DNA of 64,000 nt, from NCBI GenBank assembly GCA_973895155.1, contig OZ316898.1:14290330-14354329 (forward strand), written 5' to 3'. Positions within the stretch are counted from its first letter, which is position 1; each line of letters opens with the position of its first letter. Under the pieces are notes generated by a model, which was not told the DNA's origin, did not search any database, and saw only the letters and a program-made list of their open reading frames with translations. The translations under genes and the position numbers were made by a program. Shown here piece by piece: positions 21,387 to 35,600 of this stretch. This DNA comes from Marsupella aquatica. Lineage: Eukaryota; Plantae; Marchantiophyta.

Positions 21387-24300
21387 TGTGGTGCGTCCCA
21401 TGGCTCCCTAAACCCAAGAAACCCCCCAGCTCAAGCCGATTCCCGCAGGTTTCGTGCTTGGCGAGGCCGTTTCCGCGGCTTAGCGGCATGGGACGCTGCT
21501 AACCTTCTACTACTACTATTAACATTTTACACACATATACTGGACAGATCCTTCATAGGGTCATGAGATACGTAGCCGGCCTAATATAGGCCTTCCCCTG
21601 TCTTCCCCTGTCTTCCCCTCCGTCTTGTTAGGTATGTTTGGATTCCGCCGCCGGAATGATCTCCAATAGGCTTGGTTAAGCCGCTAAGACCTCTCTCAGC
21701 TCGACACATCCAACTCTCACTCCCCTGCTTACTTTCCTTCCTTCTGTTGATGTGGGCACTCTTCACACAAGTTAATGCGACACACAAATAGCAAAATGAC
21801 TCATTCTGACTGAGTCATACCATGCACTTGCCATACAAACAGTACATCTCATACACAAGTTCTGCGAACTAAGCCGTGAGGCCAACTCTATTCAGCTCTT
21901 AGGCATGAGGAAACATGAATATACACAAGGGTCACTGTATGACTAACCGAGAGCTTCTCGTACTACTTGATCCCAGCCCGGCTGGTGCAAACTAAAAACT
22001 TGCTAAAGAAGAGGCCCTGAGCTCCCCGCTGCCCAGGTACTTATCCTGGTAGTGGATCCGCCATTCTTTGCATCGTAAGCCTAATCTACTTAACAGTAAT
22101 CTACTTGCCCGAATCTACCTATGTACAGCAAGGCAGGAGCACAAGTGTTGCTCCTACCAGTGGGACCGCAATCCCACTAAGCTAAGTGTCAGGGCCGCTC
22201 CTGGTTCTGATCCTAATCCTAAACGTGGAGATCCGCGCCCGCCCTGCCCACTCACGCCTCCTCCCTCCACGTCCGCCCTCCCTAAAAGGAACGGCGCCCT
22301 TGCACCGTCACGACACCGGTGGTGGATCCTTAATGGACGCCCCCAACGCTTCCTCCTTAGCCACTGCCGTAGGTTCATTCTCTGACAGATTACCTGCCCT
22401 TGACTGAGTCAACTCTCCATCGGCCTGACTGGGTCCACCTTCGGCTTCAGCCTCGACACCGGCCTCGGCAATACCCACGGCTTCGGCCTCCCCTTCCCCT
22501 AGGGTAGTTGGATCCCTAGCCGTGACCCTGTCTGGGGTCGGTGCTGGGTCTACCTCCTTGATCACCACGGCCTGTGAAGTCGTATTACTCCTTGACCCTG
22601 AAGGTTTCCGCTTCTTCTTCGTTGGTGGCTCGGCAGCTGGTCCCTTCCCCTTCCCACTTACTTTCGGCACTGGTGCAGGTGGCGCGGCTTGTCCTTCGGC
22701 AATTACCACCCCTGGTAACTGGTTTGTCCCAACGGGAGATGGACCTGCTGCAGCTAAGCATTTAAATACTGCGGCTTGTTTCTTCAGCCGCTCTGTTTGG
22801 TTGTCGGCCCGCCGCTGTAGGTTCTCCATCTTCCTCGTGATTTCCTCCAACTCCTCTTGGGTTTCATCCAGGTCCTTACGTGCCCCCTCCAACTCGTTTT
22901 TGGCCTCCTCCTGCTCCCTGTGGGCTTCCTCCAATTCCTTCTTCAAGGTAGCCCTCTCCTCCTGGGTTGCTCTTAGCTCCTTGTCGAGCTCTGCAATGAT
23001 GACAGACTCCATCTGGTTCATCTTGGCGTAAGTCTGTTCGAGCATCTCATCCTTCTCCCTTAGGTCGGCCTTGAAGCTGGCCGTCAGGGACGCAAGCTCC
23101 TGCTGCAGCGCCATAATCCCTTGATAGGATTTCCCTAACTCGACCTCCTTCTGCTCAAGGGCTCCGCGGATTTTCTCGAGCTCCCCTTTCAACGCCCATT
23201 CCTTTCTTTGGGTCTCCGCCATGGCCCGGCTGTTGGCTGTTATGTGGGCCTCCTCTGTATTCTTCAGCTCTTGCTTCCACTTCTCCCTCTCTTTGATCGT
23301 GTCGGCCAACTCTTCCTGCGTCTGAGTCAGTTTATCCTTGATATTCTGATTATCAGCCTGCGCGGTGTCCAACTGCCCCTGCATGATGTTCAGCTCATGT
23401 CGTTTAATCCGCAGTTCATCTTGGGCTTTCTTGGCCGCCCTTAGATCTTCAATCTCGGCTTCCATCCTCCTAAGCCGCCGAATGACCTCGTCCTTCTTGC
23501 TTCTCTCTAAAGCCACTGCTTCTTCTAATTGGTGCTTCTCCAACTGCTCCCTATGGAAAAAGGGTCCTACCTCCAACTCCTCTCCAAAGATGCCGAGCGC
23601 AAGTTCCCCACACATCTCACCATACTCCATGGCTCTATTCTTAGCGTAGGTGGAGTAAGTAGAAGTGATCGGCATCGCCCATCGTGGCCTCTGCTCCCAA
23701 GCCGTCCTGCGGATCTCTTCAATCGTGGCTAGAGGTTTGCTTCCTTTTTCGGCTAGCCGCCTGATGTCCTCCGGCCAATCTCCTCCTGGTAAATCCTTTT
23801 CCTTAGCCAGGGCGGCCTCCTCCTCCTGCTTGATTCGCTCCTGAAATTCCTGCACCGTCTGTTTTATGCCGTCGAAGCTCGGGGGAGCAACATCTGGTGG
23901 GGGAGACTCAGGGCTACTCTGCTGGTTGGGGTCCCCTCGCACTACCCTTGGAAGTGTGGGGACAAACCGGCCACAGGTCCTTACTCCTGGAACGTGATGG
24001 TCCGACCCATAGCCGGAATTATCATGGCTGCAGTCCTCCACTGCCTCCTCTACCTCTTGGACGTCCGGCTTCTCCCTCTCCTCTTCGTCGGTAGGAGCTT
24101 CAGGCAATTCTGCCTCAGATTCGGAGCTTGAGGTTCCCATGTACATTCGAACACCTGGCTTGGATTCCGGCCTGATTCTCTCCTTGTCTCCAGCAAAGGG
24201 GTTTTCTCTTGTGAGCCGGTGTAGGCCTACCTCTATAGTAGTGTCCTGCATTGTTGCCGTTGCCGTTGTTGTTGCCGATGCCGATTTCTTTTCTTTCTCC

Positions 24301-25509
24301 AGTAGTTTCAGCAGACTCTGCATGCCTGGTTGCTGCATCGGCAAGTCTTCCTTCCTGGGCCTAAACACCTGCTCGATCGTAGGACTAACAGGTGGTTGAG
24401 GCTTCTCAGCCAACGGCCTCAGCGTTGGAGCTTCCTCGGGTGCCCTTACCTACAGGGGAAGTACCGGGGCAAAAGTCTGACCTCTGGCATACCGGCACAA
24501 CAGCGGCATGTGATAGCCAAGCCGCGACACGCTCCCCATGCCGATTACCTGCTGCTCCTCCACCGGTAGGGTTGCAAAATGTAGTTGCACCTCCACCGGT
24601 AGGGTTGCCGCCCAGCCCTTCTAGGTGTCATCCCTGGTTAGAATGGCCTTGATGGGATCGACCTCCTCCTCTTCGGCTTCTCCCTGCCTCCTGCTCTGCT
24701 GCTCGGCTGGCCTCTTTGGTGCCGCCGACCTCGTTCTTTTTGCCGGGGTGGCTTCATCGTTGACGGCCCCCTTCCTCTTCATCTCTACTGCCGTGGAGGT
24801 TTCTCCTAGCACCGTTGCCTGGGTCCACCTTTCCGTGCTACCCTTTAATTCCCAGTGTATGTCATTGCAGTTCTTGATGGCCTCTCGGATGCCGACGACG
24901 CTGTCTTTGCAAAACAGAAGATCGTCGAGTTGATTGGAAGTAGGCGTCCACAAGAACTCGTCCTTGATGAGTTCACCTCCTAAGAAAGCCGTCTTCTGCA
25001 GCTCCCACAATCGAGCGAGCTCCTGCCGTTCTCGAGCTGCCCTTTCTGACTCCTCGTCCTCGTAAGTCTTGATGTACTCAGTTGCCCGTTCGAACAGGCA
25101 TCCCCAGAAATGTGCCGCTTGATTGACGTTGCTCATACCCTCCTTAGGTCGATCGTCGGTATCTATTCTCTCCCCGAGTGCTTGCCTAAGCAGCTGACAG
25201 TAGTTGGCCTCCCGTAGTCGTCTGCCTAGTTCGTGCTCGCAAATGAGCCACCATCTCCTGCAAGCGCTCCTTACCCCTCTCCTCTGCCGGTCCTTCTTCC
25301 CGTTGATCCTTCCTAGCCGCCGACGCTTAACGCGCCCTAACCCTAATCGGGTTTTCACCCTCAGCCTTACCTCCGGCCTCTGCCCGGGTTCCATGGTTGC
25401 CCCTAATTGTTTATATTTTCCTTGTTTTGTCCCTATACTAAGGTGTTCCTAGGGTGCCTTCCTGCTTTACCCACTTAACCGGCCGAGTGATTCCTGTCTA
25501 GGCATCACA
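21387..25509 (-). repeat. 5' LTR (4123 bp) with ~0.5-kb internal deletion; LTR ORF broken (25394-24621, 24413-22308)
   Basis: Colinear with the 3' LTR except for loss of the segment matching ~13726-14225 and TAG stops at 24621-24623 and ~24450-24452. Confidence 0.95.
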
Positions 25510-26273
25510 CACGCCCTTGGAGATTGCTCATCGTCTTTCCTTGTTGTTTGTCTGGGTTGACACATGTCCTGCCTCATCTGTGCTGGCATTGTACATCCTG
25601 CTTGTTTGTTGTCACTGCCTATTAGTAAACTGTTCATGGTTGTTACTCGGTACTTGTTGACTATAGCAGTTTGGACCTGCTCATCGCTTGCAGTTGTTGA
25701 TTGTAAGACTGAACAATGTCACAGTATAGGTCAACATTATTGTTTGCAAGAGCTACATTTTAAATTTGGGCTGGCATCCCCCACTCGCATCCGGAAGGAC
25801 ATTTGTCATCTTCATTTTCCCCACGTTGTGGAGGCTTGTCTCCATTGTCACACCCAAACATGTCATTGTTGTAGGGGAGGTGACTCAAACATGTAGTGCA
25901 GATTGAAGCACAGTATATGGCAAGAATGGCATGGGGCGGTTGCCTAGCGTGGAATACTTGTCATTTCATCAATGATTGTGTCTGTGGTGGGACACATCCA
26001 GCATCTGCCCATGATGGTGATGCCATTCAAGTTGAGCTGACTTCTGATTCTACATTGCTCACATTGCAGGATGGCCGGATCAAAGGAGCCCACAGGGAAG
26101 TGATGCCCCTGGTGGAGGCTACTGGCTGTGATTGCTGGTGGACTGTTGCTCCTTCTGGTACATCACATGCCTGCCCCTAATTTTTGAAGGTAATTTTGCA
26201 GATCTTGTTCAACATTGCACACATTGCTCATCAGCTGCTAGATCCAAGATTTGGGCATAGGGAGCACCTTCGT

Positions 26274-26905
26274 ATGGATCCCCCTTGTTGTTTTCACTGT
26301 GACAAGGGAGGAACTCTTTTGTTCTGTGATGGCCCTTGTGGTTGCCATTTTCATTATGTAGTTGATGGCCACAACCCCGACAAATAAGATGGCCATGGAC
26401 CTACATGTCAGCGGATTGTCAGGTCATGATTGGGCTGCAGCTTGGCTTTGTGACCTCTGTCAGCAAAACAAAGGAAGATGTTTTGGTTGTGGACTCCTTG
26501 GCAGAACCTTGAGACCCACCACAGATGAGCCCCTTGTGATCCAGTGTTCTCATGATGACTGCTACTCATATATTTTACCATGTGGACAGTCTCCGAACAC
26601 TTATGCGGTTGGGGGAAATGCCTTTCACCCACCATCTAGATAACCCTGATGCATGCACATCCTGATGCTCTTATATGCCAATGACATTACTGTGAGGTTT
26701 GTAAGGAGTATCGGGAGGGCATTTGGGACTTTGTCCAATGTCGTAGATGCCCTCGTGCATGGTGTCGTGATGAAGGACCAACAGCAGATAGGCACTTGAG
26801 GAGAAGGGTAAGGGGCCAAGACACCTGGGACATTGGACAGTGGCGCATGATTTACTGTACTTGCCATGTCATCCCTGAGGGTTCTGATATCCCTAGTACA
26901 CATGA
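26274..26905 (+). pseudogene. Frameshifted EDM2-like PHD gene of P-like copy 2
   Basis: CFHCDKGGTLLFCDGPCGCHFHYVVDG, WLCDLCQQNKGRCFGC and VQCRRCPRAW are homologous to 5696-6370, and the gene sits in the same position upstream of the transposase. Confidence 0.8.
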
Positions 26906-26984
26906 CTAGACCAGCATGACTGCTATTGATTCCACCATCTTATAACTTGAACCTTTTTTGTACTGGACCCATAAGACAACCTAA

Positions 26985-27135
26985 ATTATATGAACTTAAG
27001 TATTTGGTTGAAGGCTATGGACTTAAGTATTTGGTTGAATGCTATGGACTTAAGTATTTTGATAAATGAATTGGACTTAAGTATTTGGTTGAACGAAATG
27101 GAATTTTGGTGAATTGAAATGGACTTAAGTAAGTT
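26985..27135. repeat. ~25-28 bp tandem repeat (TGGACTTAAGTATTTGGTTGAA)
   Basis: About five imperfect copies are visible. Confidence 0.85.
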
Positions 27136-27284
27136 TCATTGACTACAATAGATTGAGTGTTCAGATGACATTGTGAATGGTTGACTTGAGTCCTAATCTT
27201 TTTCCATGTCTGTCCATTGTTGTATGACAGGTTCATCTACCTAATCCCTGTCCCTTACTTTCACAGCCTGTATAACTGTCCATC

Positions 27285-27773
27285 ATGGCACACCTAGGCA
27301 TGAGCTCTGTCAGATTGGTAGAAAAGGGTGGGGAGGGAGGAAAGCCTGATACGCCAATCTGTGTCATGTCTTTCAAAGAAGGGCAGACTCTGGCAGATTT
27401 CCGTCTGAAATGTGTTGGTGCAATAGAGTTTGACTTTGATTTTTGGGATGAGAGGTTGCCTGGTCAAGTCCGGCGCTTTTCAGAGAAGACCGTTGGGGTG
27501 ATTGAACTTCAAGGGACAATTTACGTGATTGCACAATTACCCTCAATTGCCTTGCCTACTAAGAGGGTCACAATTGGTTCCTCTCATTCATCTGTTGCCA
27601 CTATGTCCAATGTGGCAGGCACGATTCCATTGACTGAAGGACAAACATAAGGGGTGCCAGTACAGGCTATTGTACAGCCTGTCACAGGCTCCTTTGAGTC
27701 TCACCTCATGTCTAAGGCTGCATCAAATACCTGGAATGATGAGTGGTTGAAGCTACAATCCTGGGTAAACCAG
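27285..27773 (+). pseudogene. P-like transposase copy 2, N-terminal part
   Basis: PICVMSFKEG..DFDFWDERLPG and SFESHLM..WNDEWLKLQSWVNQ align with the N-terminus encoded at 5200-4750. Confidence 0.9.
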
Positions 27774-28099
27774 CACAAGGAGGATATGCATGGTCGAGGA
27801 GTTGGGGATTTCCCCACCTGACTTGGTGAATCAGTGTACCATAACAAAGAAGTGGGGATTCCGGACATCTTAGGGAATTTGGTTGAAAATACCCATGCTT
27901 TCCCATACATAACGAGGGATTTGATACTTCTAGCAGTTCGACGTTTCCCTGGGGTAATTTGCCTATGTGTCCCACAGGCGTGACATTTGGGGCGTTTCCC
28001 ATAATATACCCAACTACATAAGGGTTTAGCGCCTCCGCATTTCCCCACATTTGCCTGTTTATTTGTATAAGCCGGAGGCAGTTGGCATAATCCAGGTCC

Positions 28100-28960
28100 T
28101 TGGATGGTCGCGCTCTCCGCAACATCCGTGTGCATATTACCCGCATACCGTGGGGTATCGTTGGGGTATTTGGGATGTCAGCGTCCAATTGCCGCTCTCC
28201 AAGTGGCTTCGCTGAGGTGTGCAGGATGATATTCATCTCCACCATCCAATTTTGTTGTGGTAAAGTGGGGATTCCGTGTGCATATTACCCACATACCGTG
28301 GGGTATCTCTGGGGTATTTGGGTTGTCAACGTCCAATTGCCGCTCTCCAAGTGGCTTCGCTGGCAGCCCTGGAGGTGCGCAGGATGATATGCATCTCCAT
28401 CGTCCAATTTTGTTGTGGCTAAGTGGGGATTCCGTGTGCATATTACCCGCATACATTAGTGTATCTCTAGGGTATTTGGGTTGTCAGCGTCCAATGGTCG
28501 CTCTCCAGGTGGCCTCGCTGGCAGCCCTGGAGGTGTGCAGGATGATATGCATCTCCACCATCCAAATTTCCTGTTGTAAAGTGGGGGTTCTGTGTGCACA
28601 TTACCCGCATACCCTGGGGTATCGTTGGGGTATTTGGTATGCCACTTCCAATTGCCACTCTCCAGGTGGCTTCGCTAACAGCCCTGGAGGTTTGCAGGAT
28701 GATATGCATCTTCACCGTCCAGATTTCCTATGTCGAAGCAGGGATTACTTGTGCATTTTACCTGCATACCGTGGGGTATTTGTAGGGTATTTTTGATTCC
28801 AGGCTTCTTGCTGCGTCAAATTGCATCCGCATCGTCAAATTCCAGGATAATGTGCATCCGCATCTTCCAAATTGCCTACGATGAAGTGGGGATTCACGAT
28901 GTAACGCCTATGTATTGTGGGGTATTGGGGGATCCTCACGTATTACCAATGGGGTATTAA
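28100..28960. repeat. Subterminal ~158-bp tandem repeats rich in GGGGTAT/ATTACCC
   Basis: The anchor GTGTGCATATTACCCGCATAC recurs at ~28128, 28276, 28434, 28592 and 28750. Confidence 0.9.
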
Positions 28961-29663
28961 AAATATCTGGCGTCCCAAGATGAATTGCATCGAAAACCAT
29001 CCAGTCATATTGCCAATGAATACCATGAAATGTCGATGGGTATCGTGAATGTAAGGTTCTTTATTGGGCCCAGCTTACGCAAATCAAATTTCTAATATGG
29101 TTTTGAATCATTTCCTCATAGCATTGTAAATAAGATCACAGTGAGTTAAGTAGCATTCATTTGTACATTAGAAACTAAGTACGATAGCAACTCCCATCTC
29201 TCTCTCTCTATATATATATATATGTATATATATATGTGAAACACGAAGCAAGTAGTGGTGGCCCTTGGTCAATATATAATGCAATCATATTCATAACCTG
29301 TCTAGCTTGTGCCATTCATAGAGCGATGCAGGTATGCTATCTATGTAGTGAGTACTATACCTCTTCCCCGGCTTTCTTCATAGCATTTTCAGGGAAGATC
29401 CTTTGCTGGCCATCGGCATTTAAAGCCGGAAGATGTGTAACGATCACTACATTCTGTTCTACAATCCACCTGGCCACCGTGTCCAATAACTCTGATGCAT
29501 TCTTCTGAGCGTGTTTGGTGAATGGCTTGGCGGTAGTCTTTGACTGCTTGTTCGTATCTGCTACAAACGTGCGCAATTTGGCCTCCACTTTGCAGGTCTT
29601 CATCAAACCCATGGCTCTCATGCACAATACTAGTTTGGCGTCTTTGGTGAGCTTTTCAAAATT

Positions 29664-32600
29664 CTGCAAAAGTTACAGTCTTTGGTGAGCTTTTTAAAAT
29701 ATGGTAGTACACCAATGACAAGCTATAAATGATTATTTACAGAATCGTGCAAAACTTCTCAGTATATGCTTACTATATTGGAGTCTCCAGAAGCCTGGGA
29801 CTTGTTACTTCTCGTCGACCGGGTTCCTTGAGCACCCAAAACTTCTTCCTGGTTTGCCTGTACATATATAATGACCACATAATGAGACCACAAGAGTACG
29901 TTCCACACATACAATTTCTGTCTACACATTGTACACAATGATTGCTGCAACCTAATAAAGACTGCTGGCTTACAATGGATGGAAATAAGAAATCATACCA
30001 TGTTTTTGCCGGTCAACAACCGTTCCCTTGCATCCTCCTGTACCTTTGTTGAAATAGCTCTAAATGAGGGTACGTTTTCTTTGCCTGGGTTCGGACCCTT
30101 GCCTCTTCGTGCTCTACTCAATGGTTGATTTAGGTCCCGAATGCTTGCAAGGACTCCACCTTGTTCCTTCTCGGTCTTAACCTGCCATGCATATGTGGAT
30201 GTGCAAATCATTGTATATATTGGTGAACCTAGGCTCAAAGTAGAATGAATTGCAAAGTCATATACATCACTTACAATAGAACTTTTAGGCCATTATAATA
30301 ATTGCAATATACAAAACTTATACATACAATGATATATGAGATATACCTTGGACAGTAGCGGGTTGTTTCCCCCTGCAAAAGTTACAGTCTTTGGTGAGCT
30401 TTTTAAAATATGGTAGTACACCAATGACAAGCTATAAATGATTATTTACAGAATCGTGCAAAACTTCTCAGTATATGTGTGGTGCGTCCCATGGCTCCCT
30501 AAACCCAAGAAACCCCCCAGCTCAAGCCGATTCCCGCAGGTTTCGTGCTTGGCGAGGCCGTTTCCGCGGCTTAGCGGCATGGGACGCTGCTAACCTTCTA
30601 CTACTACTATTAACATTTTACACACATATACTGGACAGATCCTTCATCGGGTCATGAGATACGTAGCCGGCCTAATATAGGCCTTCCCCTGTCTTCCCCT
30701 GTCTTCTTGTTAGGTATGTTTGGATTCCGCCGCCGGAATGATCCCCAATAGGCTTGGTTAAGCCGCTAAGACCTCTCTCAGCTCGACACATCCAACTCTC
30801 ACTCCCCTGCTTACTTTCCTTCCTTCTGTTGATGTGGGCACTCTTCACACAAGTTAATGCGACACACAAATAGCAAAATGACTCATTCTGACTGAGTCAT
30901 ACCATGCACTTGCCATACAAACAGTACATCTCATACACAAGTTCTGCGAACTAAGCCGTGAGGCCAACTCTATTCAGCTCTTAGGCATGAGGAAACATGA
31001 ATATACACAAGGGTCACTGTATGACTAACCGAGAGCTTCTCGTACTACTTGATCCCAGCCCGGCTGGTGCAAACTAAAAACTTGCTAAAGAAGAGGCCCT
31101 GAGCTCCCCGCTGCCCAGGTACTTATCCTGGTAGTGGATCCGCCATTCTTTGCAGCGTAAGCCTAATCTACCTGACAGTAATCTACTTGCCCGAATCTAC
31201 CTATGTACAGCAAGGCATACCTCCTACCAGTGGGACCGCAATCCCACTAAGCTAAGTGTCAGGGCCGCTCCTGGTTCTAATCCTAATCCTAAACGTGGAG
31301 ATCCGCGCCCGCCCTGCCCACTCACGCCTCCTCCCTCCACGTCCGCCCTCCCTAAAAGGAACGGCGCCCTTGCACCATCACGACACCGGTGGTGGATCCT
31401 CAATGGACGCCCCCAACACTTCCTCCTCAGCCACTGTCGTTGGCCCGCCTACTGACAGATTACCTGCCCTTGACCGAGTCAACTCTCCATCGGCCTGACT
31501 GGGTCCACCTTCGGCTTCAGTCTTGACACCGGCCTCGGCAATACCCACGGCTTCAGCCTCAGCCACTCCCTCGGCTTCGGCCTCAGCCACTCCCTCGGCT
31601 TCGGCCTCCCCTTCCCCTAGGGTAGTTGGATCCTTAGCCGTGACCCTATCTGGGGTCGGTGCTGGGTCTACCTCCTTGATCACCACGGCCTGTGAAGTCG
31701 TATTACTCCTTGACCCTGAAGGTTTCCGCTTCTTCTTCGTTGGTGGCTCGGCAGCTGGTCCCTTCCCCTTCCCACTTACTTCCGGCACTGGTGCAGTTGA
31801 CGCGGCTTGTCCTTCGGCAATTACCACCCCTGGTAACTGGTTTGTCCCAACGGGAGATGGACCTGCTGCAGCTAAGCATTTAAATACTGCGGCTTGTTTC
31901 TTCAGCCACTCTGTTTGGTTGTCGGCCCGCCGCTGTAGATTCTCCATCTTCCTCGTGATTTCCTCCAACTCCTCTTGGGTTTCATCCAGGTCCTTACGTG
32001 CCCCCTCCAGCTCGTTTTTGGCCTCCTCCTGCTCCCTGTGGGCTTCCTCCAATTCCTTCTTCAAGGTAGCCCTCTCCTCCTGGGTTGCTCTTAGCTCCTT
32101 GTCGAGCTCTGCAATGATGACAGACTCCATCTGGTTCATCTTGGCGTAAGTCTGTTCGAGCATCTCGTCCTTCTCCCTTAGGTCGGCCTTGAAGCTGGCC
32201 GTCAGGGACGCAAGCTCCTGCTGCAGCGCCATAATCCCTTGATAGGATTTCCCTAACTCGACCTCCTTCTGCTCAAGGGCTCCACGGATTTTCTCGAGCT
32301 CCCCTTTCAACGCCCATTCCTTTCTTTGGGTCTCCGCCATGGCCCGGCTGTTGGCTGTTATGTGGGCCTCCTCTGTATTCTTCAGCTCTTGCTTCCACTT
32401 CTCCCTCTCTTTGATCGTGTCGGCCAACTCTTCCTGCGTCTGAGTCAGTTTATCCTTGATATTCTGATTTTCAGCCTGCGCGGTGTCCAACTGCCCCTGC
32501 ATGATGTTCAGCTCATGTCGTTTAATCCGCAGTTCATCTTGGGCTTTCTTGGCCGCCCTTAGATCTTCAATCTCGGCTTCCATCCTCCTAAGCCGCCGAA

Positions 32601-35600
32601 TGACCTCGTCCTTCTTGCTTCTCTCTAAAGCCACCGCTTCTTCTAATTGGTGCTTCTCCAACTGCTCCCTATGGAAAAAGGGTCCTACCTCCAACTCCTC
32701 TCCAAAGATGCCGAGCGCAAGTTCCCCACACATCTCACCATACTCCATGGCTCTATTCTTAGCATAGGTGGAGTAAGTAGAAGTGATCGGCATCGCCCAT
32801 TGTGGCCTCTGCTCCCACGCCGTCCTGCGGATCTCTTCAATCGTGGCTAGAGGTTTGCTTCCTTTTTCGGCTAGCCGCCTGATGTCCTCCGGCCAATCTC
32901 CTCCTGGTAAATCCTTTTCCTTAGCCAGGGCGGCCTCTTCCTCCTGCTTGATTCGCTCCTGAAATTCTTGCACCGTCTGTTTTATGCCGTCGAAGCTCGG
33001 GGGAGCAACATCTGGTGGGGGAGACTCAGGGCTACTCTACTGGTTGGGGTCCCCTCGCACTACCCTTGGAAGTGTGGGGACAAACCGGCCACAGGTCCTT
33101 ACTCCTGGAACGTGATGGTCCGACCCATAGCCGGAATTATCATGGCTGCAGTCCTCCACTGCCTCCTCTACCTCTTGGACGTCCGGCTTCTCCCTTTCCT
33201 CTTCGTCGGTAGGAGCTTCAGGCAATTCTGCCTCAGATTCGGAGCTTGAGGTTCCCACGTACATTCGAACACCTGGCTTGGATTCCGGCCTGATTCTCTC
33301 CTTGTCTCCAGCAAAGGGGTTTTCTCTTGTGAGCCGGTGTAGGCCTACCTCTGTAGTAGTGTCCTGCATTGTTGCCATTGCCGTTGTTGTTGCCGATGCC
33401 GATTTCTTTTCTTTCTCCAGTAGTTTCAGCAGACTCTGCATGCCTGGTTGTTGCATCGGCAAGTCTTCCTTCCTGGGCCTAAACACCTGCTCGATCGTAG
33501 GACTAACAGGTGGTTGAGGCTTCTCAGCCAACGGCCTCGGCGTTGGAGCTTCCTCGGGTGCCCTTACCTGCAGGGGAAGTACCGGGGCAAAAGTCTGACC
33601 TCTGGCATACCGGCACAACAGCGGCATGTGATAGCCAAGCCGTGACACGCTCCCCATGCCGATTACCTGCTGCTCCTCCTTTAAGATCTTCTTCAATTGG
33701 TTGAGGAGGTACCCGTTGTAGTCCCGGCTTGGGTCTGGCCTTTCTGCCAGATAGACCTGTGCCTTGCCGATCTCTGCCCTCGACAAGTTACAATGCATGG
33801 TCACCCGCAAGAAGTCGATCATCTCTCCTATGTGCGGGTTGGTGCAGGTGTTCCGGAAGAAGCCATTCTTCGTTGATGGCCCGGGGAACGACCGGAACTC
33901 CTTGTCAGGCAAGGTCTTCCTGGTATCAACTTTGGTCTTATTGCCTATCGGCAGGCCAAACACTTCGGCAATTACCTTGGGAGTAAGATAGAAATCCTTC
34001 CCATATATCCTCGTGCAATTGGTCTCGGGTTCCCATGACCCCACGAATTCTAATAGGTCTGACTCCGGTACCTCCGGTTTCAGCCATGGTAATCTTACAA
34101 AGGCCTCCAAGCCGGATCCGGCCATGAAGCCTTGGTACTTCTTGGTCTGCATGGCCGTAAAGCATGCATCCTCCTCCCGTGCAAAATGTAGTTGCACCTC
34201 CACCGGTAGGGTTGCCGCCCAGCCCTTCCAAGTGTCATCCCTGGTTGGAATGGCCTTGATGGGATCGACCTCCTCCTCTTCGGCTTCTCCCTGCCTCCTG
34301 CTCTGCTTCTCGGCTGGCTTCTTTGGTGCCGCCGACCTCGTTCTTTTTGCCGGGGTGGCTTCATCATTGACGGCCCCCTTCCTCTTCATCTCTGCTGCCG
34401 TGGAGGTTTCTCCTAGCACCGTTGCCTGGGTCCACCTTTCCGTGCTACCCTTTAATTCCCAGTGTATGTCATTGCAGTTCTTGATGGCCTCTCGGATGCC
34501 GACAACGCTGTCTTTGCAAAACAGAAGATCGTGGAGTTGATTGGAAGTAGGCGTCCACAGGAACTCGTCCTTGATGAGTTCGCCTCCTAAGAAAGCCGTC
34601 TTCTGCAGCTCCCACAATCGAGCGAGCTCCTGCCGTTCTCGAGCTGCCCTTTCTGACTCCTCGTCCTCGTAAGTCTTGATGTACTCAGTTGCCCGTTCGA
34701 ACAGGCATCCCCAGAAATGTGCCGCTTGATTGACGTTGCTCATACCCTCCTTAGGTCGATCGTCGGTATCTACTCTCTCCCCGAGTGCTTGCCTAAGCAG
34801 CTGACAGTAGTTGGCCTCCCGTAGTCGTCTGCCTAGTTCGTGCTCGCAAATGAGCCACCATCTCCTGCAAGCGCTCCTTACCCCTCTCCTCTGCCGGTCC
34901 TTCTTCCCGTTGATCCTTCCTAGCCGCCGACGCTTAACGCGCCCTAACCCTAATCGGGTTTTCACCCTCAGCCTTACCTCCGGCCTCTGCCCGGGTTCCA
35001 TGGTTGCCCCTAATTGTTTATATTTTCCTTGTTTTGTCACTATACTAAGGTGTTCCTAGGGTGCCTTCCTGCTTTACCCACTTAACCGGCCGAGTGATTC
35101 CTGTCTAGGCATCACAATATGCTTACTATATTGGAGTCTCCAGAAGCCTGGGACTTGTTACTTCTCGTCGACCGGGTTCCTTGAGCACACAAAACTTCTT
35201 CCTGGTTTGCCTGTACATATATAATGACCACATAATGAGACCACAAGAGTATGTTCCACACATACAATTTCTGTCTACACATTGTACACAATGATCGCTG
35301 CAACCTAATAAAGACTGCTGGCTTACAATGGATGGAAATAAGAAATCATACCATGTTTTTGCCGGTCAACAACCGTTCCCTTGCATCCTCCTGTACCTTT
35401 GTTGAAATAGCTCTAAATGAAGGTACGTTTTCTTTGCCTGGGTTCGGACCTTGCCTCTTCGTGCTCTACTCAATGGTTGATTTAGGTCCCGAATGCTTGC
35501 AAGGACTCCACCTTGTTCCTTCTCGGTCTTAACCTGCCATGCATATGTGGATGTGCAAATCATTGTATATATTGGTGAACCTAGGCTCAAAGTAGAATGA

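Larger units (their letters stand above)
10563..25509 (-). mobile_element. Full-length Ty3/Gypsy (non-chromovirus) LTR retrotransposon with giant ORF-bearing LTRs
   Basis: TG..CA LTRs at 10563-15162 and 21387-25509; 5-bp TSD CACGC at 10558-10562 and 25510-25514; domain order gag-PR-RT-RH-IN; no chromodomain after the integrase. Confidence 0.97.

Noticed and set aside
21387-35116. LTR2 and LTR3 as the two ends of another retroelement
   Set aside because: Each has its own matching TSD pair (CACGC with the 3' LTR; ATATG around the solo), and the interval has no PBS, PPT or gag-pol.
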